Positions 59,401-64,000 of a stretch of 64,000 nt of DNA are shown here, piece by piece. How positions within the stretch are numbered: the stretch's first letter is position 1; the number at the start of each line of letters is the position of its first letter. Source of the DNA: Klebsormidium nitens. Its lineage: Eukaryota; Plantae; Klebsormidiophyceae. A model generated the notes under the pieces. It made no database searches, was not told the origin of the DNA, and saw nothing but the letters and a program-made list of their open reading frames with translations. Both the position numbers and the translations under genes were made by a program. The stretch covers positions 117,345 to 181,344 of the forward strand of contig DF237010.1 in NCBI GenBank assembly GCA_000708835.1, written 5' to 3'.

Positions 59401-60839
59401 GGGCCGCTTCGTGGGGCGAAACAGCCCCCCCGCCAACGGGCTGGGGGTCCGGCTGGACCCAGGAGCGAAGGCAAGAGACGGCGCACACCACGACGTTCGT
59501 CCAATCATCGACCATGATCACGACGTATGGGCCCCAAACCACTCCCGCGCCTACGTCATTCCCCCCGCCCCCGACGCTTCCCCCCCGAACCCCTCACGTT
59601 TTCGCCCCACCCCCCCACGTCAGTCCCCCCTCTATCCAAGCACCCCCCTTCCCAGCCACTCGCAATCTTCCTCCCCCATGCTGTCCCCTCGTACCCCCCT
59701 GCAGCCCGCCCCCCCCCCGAGCAGTCGGCACCATTCGCATTCACACTCGTTTCCGGAGGCCCCTCCACCCCGCGTGCCTACAAACCCCTACTCCAGCCTT
59801 CGCTTCGCCCCTGAGAGCACCTCCGCAAGAACCCGAGAGGATTTCCACACCAACTCGCCGGCAGCCCCTACCGGGCGCCCCACTTACGCCGGTGTGGTCG
59901 GCCGCCGCCAGCAGTTGCCGGCGCCCCCGCGCCGCGGCGGTGTGAATACGCCCCAGGAGAGGCCCGGGGCCCAGCCCTGGAGGCCGGTTTCGGATATTCG
60001 CACCACCTCGGCCGGGGGCGCGTCTGGCCGGCACTCGAGTCTGCCGCCGTACCATCCTCCGCTCAGCAGCAGTCAAGCGGGGCCGAACATGGTGTGCCCG
60101 TATATGTCGGGCGCGAGCGCCGTGAGGCCCGCACAGGGCCTTGCTGCGCCCCGGTACTACCCATTCTCGCACGGGGCTCAGGGGGACGCTGGCCGGCTGG
60201 CGTCTCAGCAGGGCCTCTCCTCGAGCGGGCAGCCGGAGGCGGTGCAAAACTTTGGGGAGTTTGAGAGTAGGCGAGCAACTAGAGCGGGGCAGCCGACGGG
60301 GGGGGAGGAAGCGCAGGGGCCGGAGGGGCTGCTGGCGAACCTGGAGCTGAATGACGGGATGTGGCTGCAAGACAGAAGGAATAACATGGTGAGGAATCTA
60401 GCAACTCGTTGTTTCGGTTGGTTTGGAGCCACAATTGCAGAACGAAGACTCGGATGCGTGCACAACGTGTGGTGATTGAAGTCCTTGTCGTATAAATCCG
60501 TGAGGGTTTCTGCGGGTCGTTTGATTTCGTGATGGCTGCTTCAACGGCTAACTGCGGCCGAAGTGGGTAAGGATCCCATTTCTTCTCCAACATCCTCGTT
60601 CGTAAAAGCATTGGTGTAGATTGCAGCTAGCGGGCAGACCCGCTTCCCTGTATTCATATTGAATTGTGTTTTCTGAGACGCTCTGTACCTTTGTTTTGCA
60701 GTTCCTATGCTCCTTTTGCATGGATCCCGCGCTTCCTCGTTTCCAAAATGAACGGCGCTTCGTGAATCGGGATGCGCTGTCCCAACACATGCGCGCAGTG
60801 CACGGGGTGCACCTAGATCGCTTTAGCATGCGGAGCTGA
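56493..60839 (+). CDS. RING-H2 E3 ubiquitin ligase, RFI2-like RING, with Cys/His cluster, Pro-rich region and C-terminal C2H2-like finger (~590 aa, 8 exons)
   Basis: Exons 56493-56658, 57478-57671, 58108-58188, 58525-58595, 58786-58832, 59224-59310, 59400-60388, 60702-60839 (phase-consistent). RING CSIC..LACSHHFHLDCIGSAFNAKGAMECPNCR..EEGNWL. The central exons are less certain than the ends. Confidence 0.75.
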
Positions 60840-61915
60840 TTCTTTTGCATGAGAAGTAGTGTGTTACGACTCGAAACAACTGTACATACCGCTTGAAGCT
60901 ATGACCCATTTTTCTACTGCATCACATCTCGTGATGGCATTCTAGAAGCTGAATAGGGCATTGGATTATGGGCACTTGCTTATCCTTGTACTTACTTCAG
61001 TCAAACTTGGCTACAGGGTTCAATGATGTTCATGATCGATTCTGCAATGTCAATTTGCCGGCACGGTCAACCGATGCCACTGACCACGTGGCATGAAAGA
61101 TTGTAAACTAAGTGCGTTTAGGCAACTTCCAGCGCATGAAGTCGATTTCTTGCAAATGTAACCTGCTTGATAAGAGGCTGTATTTTGCCCGTACGTCTTG
61201 ACAATCCGCAATTAAGTGACGGTAACACATGGAACTTGCAATCTGGTTTAATGCATGTCAACTGTGGTCGCGCGCGGACCACATTGAACACGCATCTATA
61301 AATCGATTTTCTTGCATCCGGGTGGCATATGCACCCTCATGTTGTTTGCACCAGTAATAGTTCAACGATCGTGTCCGACTTCATTGCATGCAAACTTGAA
61401 GTAGGTAGCTTTAAAGCTGTGCATGGCTTAGTGAATCTAATGTGCTCGAATTGTGCCATGACGCGGCCCGCGCTTCTCACGCACGATATGTGATGAATTA
61501 CCAGATGGCACCCGTGAATAAGCACTGCATTTTCGGTTTGATCAGATTTCTGCCAAGACCGATCGTACATGGGGCATGCATGCTGAAACCTAAGCCAATA
61601 CGAGATTTAGCAGATTGAACCATCTAATCCACATCAGGCATAGCCAACACCTAAAACACTTCCAATTAGAAACATCAAGAGTAAACCTGAAATCAAAAGC
61701 CGCAAGATGTGTCGCTGGACCCAAGGATAGAGGTTACGTGTTTCATTAGCCTAATCGGATGAACAACTCTCGGTTTATCTATTCACGCTTGGGCCTGAGG
61801 CAAATCTCCGGCAGAAAGTCAAACAGGCATGCCCAACTCCCACGTGAAAAGCCCACACAAACGCACCCCAACGGAACTCTCCCTTATTTAATACCCATCA
61901 AAAAACTCAGTCGGC

Positions 61916-63767
61916 CTATTCCTCTGGCTTCTCCTCCGGATCCTCGTCGGGATTCTCCTCGTCGCCTTCCTTTTCTTCGTCCTCATCATCCTCCTCTGGA
62001 TCCCCGGGAGAAGGCTGTGGAAGGGGCGGCTTGAAGGGGCTAAATTGAGGGAAGATATCCGCTCTCCTAGCCCCACCGACATTTCTATCAAACTCCTGCA
62101 AACAACCAGAAGAACGCTCAGAAAGGCACCGTTGCTGTGAGGACCTTTGCAAGCAAGCAATCTAGATGAAGAATAAGGACAGGAAGAGATCAAATTGAGG
62201 GGTCCTACTCTATCGTGAGTATCGGCCGCTGCTGCTCGTCTAAGCTGGCTCTTTGAAATCTCTCAACCAGGTACTGGCTTCGCACTGATTTTAGTTGCTA
62301 CATCCCCTTTTCTTTTCTACTTCCTTCTACAATGGGTCAGAGAATGGGTCCCAGTGATAATCATAGATGGATAGTCCTATCCCCTTTTCAGTCTACTATA
62401 AAGGTCCAAGCTTGCGAGTGGCCCGATAAGAGCTCTAGAGGGGTGTCTGCTTGTTACTAATGCTATAGAAAGACATAGGGTCGAATCGACTCCTTCAAGC
62501 TGGCTGATACCAAAGTCAAAAAATTGGAATACAGACCCCATAATCATCACACCTCTGAAACAAGGATTTGCTTCCACTTTGACTGCTCAAATGCTGCGAT
62601 TATGATCACCCAAAACAAATGCGTGCCATACTGAAAGCATCATTTCACTAAATTGCTGTGATTACGAAACTAAAAAGATCTCCAGACCACGATGGTGTTT
62701 CCTGTCTCATGAAGGCAACCCCAGGGGGCCAGTTTGCGCAAATGGGTTTCCTGGAATGAAGGCCGAGTAGGCTCTACTTTCCTCTACGGTTTTCAAATAC
62801 ACCCAGCATAAGGTCAATCAACTTTAGATGGAAAGAACGGCCCGCACAAACAGCGACCGCTCAAGTATTTCTGTCCCACCAAAACTTGGGTTGACAGGCA
62901 TTGATTGAATTGTATCCAACTTTCAAACCGACTTTAGAAGACTGACTTTAGCAGAAGATCGAAATATGGGTTTGTCCTGAAAACCCTACAGGACACACTT
63001 CCAAGGAGGAAAAGGAACCGCCAGGCCAGACCATGGGAAACATAAGAATGAATAGTTTCACAAGACCATGCACTTGAAAGGCGGACGTGCACATACACGT
63101 GCCCATTGAAAAAGCAGAAAAGTCCTCTAAAACTGGCTCCAGGTGACAAGTGGCTTCCATGCCAGGGCAACCACTGGAGGAACACGAGCGAACGAGCATG
63201 CAGCTTCATGTACGGAAGCGGACTGACACAAATGTTTTTACAATAAAGTATGGCTTCCTCTCCTTGACACAGAGATGGTTAAATTGAAGGGGGCAGAAGC
63301 AACCGGACGCAGCGAAGAAAACCGGGGGAGGATAAGATAGCTTCCAAACCACTCTGAGATGCTCAAAGTGACAACCGGGCCAGGACCACCGGTAATGACG
63401 AGCTCCTCACGAAGCAAGAGACACAGCTTCAACCTCACCAACAGAATCATACGATGCTGACATGAGCCCTCACCACTGGAAAATCAAGAGGCGACCTTTT
63501 TGTCATCTTCTCCTCATCCGGTGCAGATCTTGTGAGAAGACGCCTCTGTATCCATCGCAGCGGGTCGGGGGCCAGCTTCCTTTGACACCTGACAGCCCCT
63601 ACTCCCAAGCTGCGGACTTCTGCTGTTACCGCCCTATGCCTGATAGGAATAGCAGGTAAGAGAGGCATTGACTGCGCTTCTGCACATCCTGAGCAGCTTG
63701 TAGGGCCCGCTCGGGCTGCAAACCGCTGCGCTGAAGTCAGCGAACTGAGACAGCATGAGCTGGCCAT
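61916..63767 (-). CDS. Small, probably plastid-targeted protein with acidic tail, function unassigned (~157 aa, 2 exons)
   Basis: Exons 63474-63767 (MASSCCLSSLTSAQ...DEEKMTKRSPLDFPV, donor GTGAGG) and 61916-62095 (EFDRNVGGARRADIFPQFSPFKPPLPQPSPGDPEEDDE...). The Ser/Ala/Arg-rich N-terminus resembles a transit peptide. SPLDFP..DIFPQFSP resembles a land-plant motif I recall but cannot name. Confidence 0.7.
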
Positions 63768-64000
63768 CTCAGGGACCCTTCCTTTTAACGCTCCCACACG
63801 GCTTAACAACAGAAAACACTTGGACGTGGTTGCTGAAACTAGAGAATCTAATAGCGGCGGCGCAGAATGGTGGTCAACAAGTTCGGCCTCTGTCCTCAAG
63901 TTGAAGTTGAACAACTCCTCGCGTGTGCGAACAACTTCAAGGAGGTGCTGGCTACCTAAGAACATAGGACAGCCCCTCGGGGATGTATCGAATCGGTTTG

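Noticed and set aside
59224-60475. Two long overlapping frames in the RING gene (59328-59945 and 59411-60475), suggesting a frameshift or dual coding
   Set aside because: An ordinary 89-nt intron (GTCAGG donor at 59311, CAG acceptor at 59399) joins the frames in the correct phase.
61263-61285. GC-rich hairpin tgtggtc-gcgcgcg-gaccaca as a Helitron 3' end
   Set aside because: No CTRR terminus at the expected distance and no matching 5' end or Rep/helicase.
62195-62300. Short frame QYLVERFQRASLDEQQRPILTIE as a possible extra exon
   Set aside because: No phase-compatible donor; the gene is explained by joining 63474 directly to 62095.

Overview
Eukaryotic, intron-rich nuclear DNA. Plant-type proteins, GC-rich exons and short GT-AG introns suggest a streptophyte alga such as Klebsormidium (inference). 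Nine spliced genes can be reconstructed with phase-consistent exons: ERdj3B/DNAJB11-like J protein (-), TMO5-like bHLH-ACT factor (+), SRS2/UvrD-like helicase (+), BCCIP/BCP1 (-), TRAPPC2L (+), ATP-dependent PEPCK (+), a 35-exon DNA polymerase epsilon catalytic subunit (-), a RING-H2 protein with a C-terminal C2H2-like finger (+), and a small acidic, probably plastid-targeted protein (-). No CRISPR array, rRNA, tRNA or intact transposon is supported. Most ORFs in the supplied track are antisense or intronic shadows of these genes. The most unusual signal is in the POLE introns: at least six contain degenerate tandem copies ('echoes') of the neighbouring exon edge, usually with its splice site. 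Most checkable copies are disabled by a splice-site change, a stop codon or a frameshifting spacing. Other points of interest are a perfect 77-bp palindrome centred on AATAAA, a GC-AG intron, and unusual insertions and motifs in the helicase and the RING protein. Protein-family calls are recognition from memory, not database searches.
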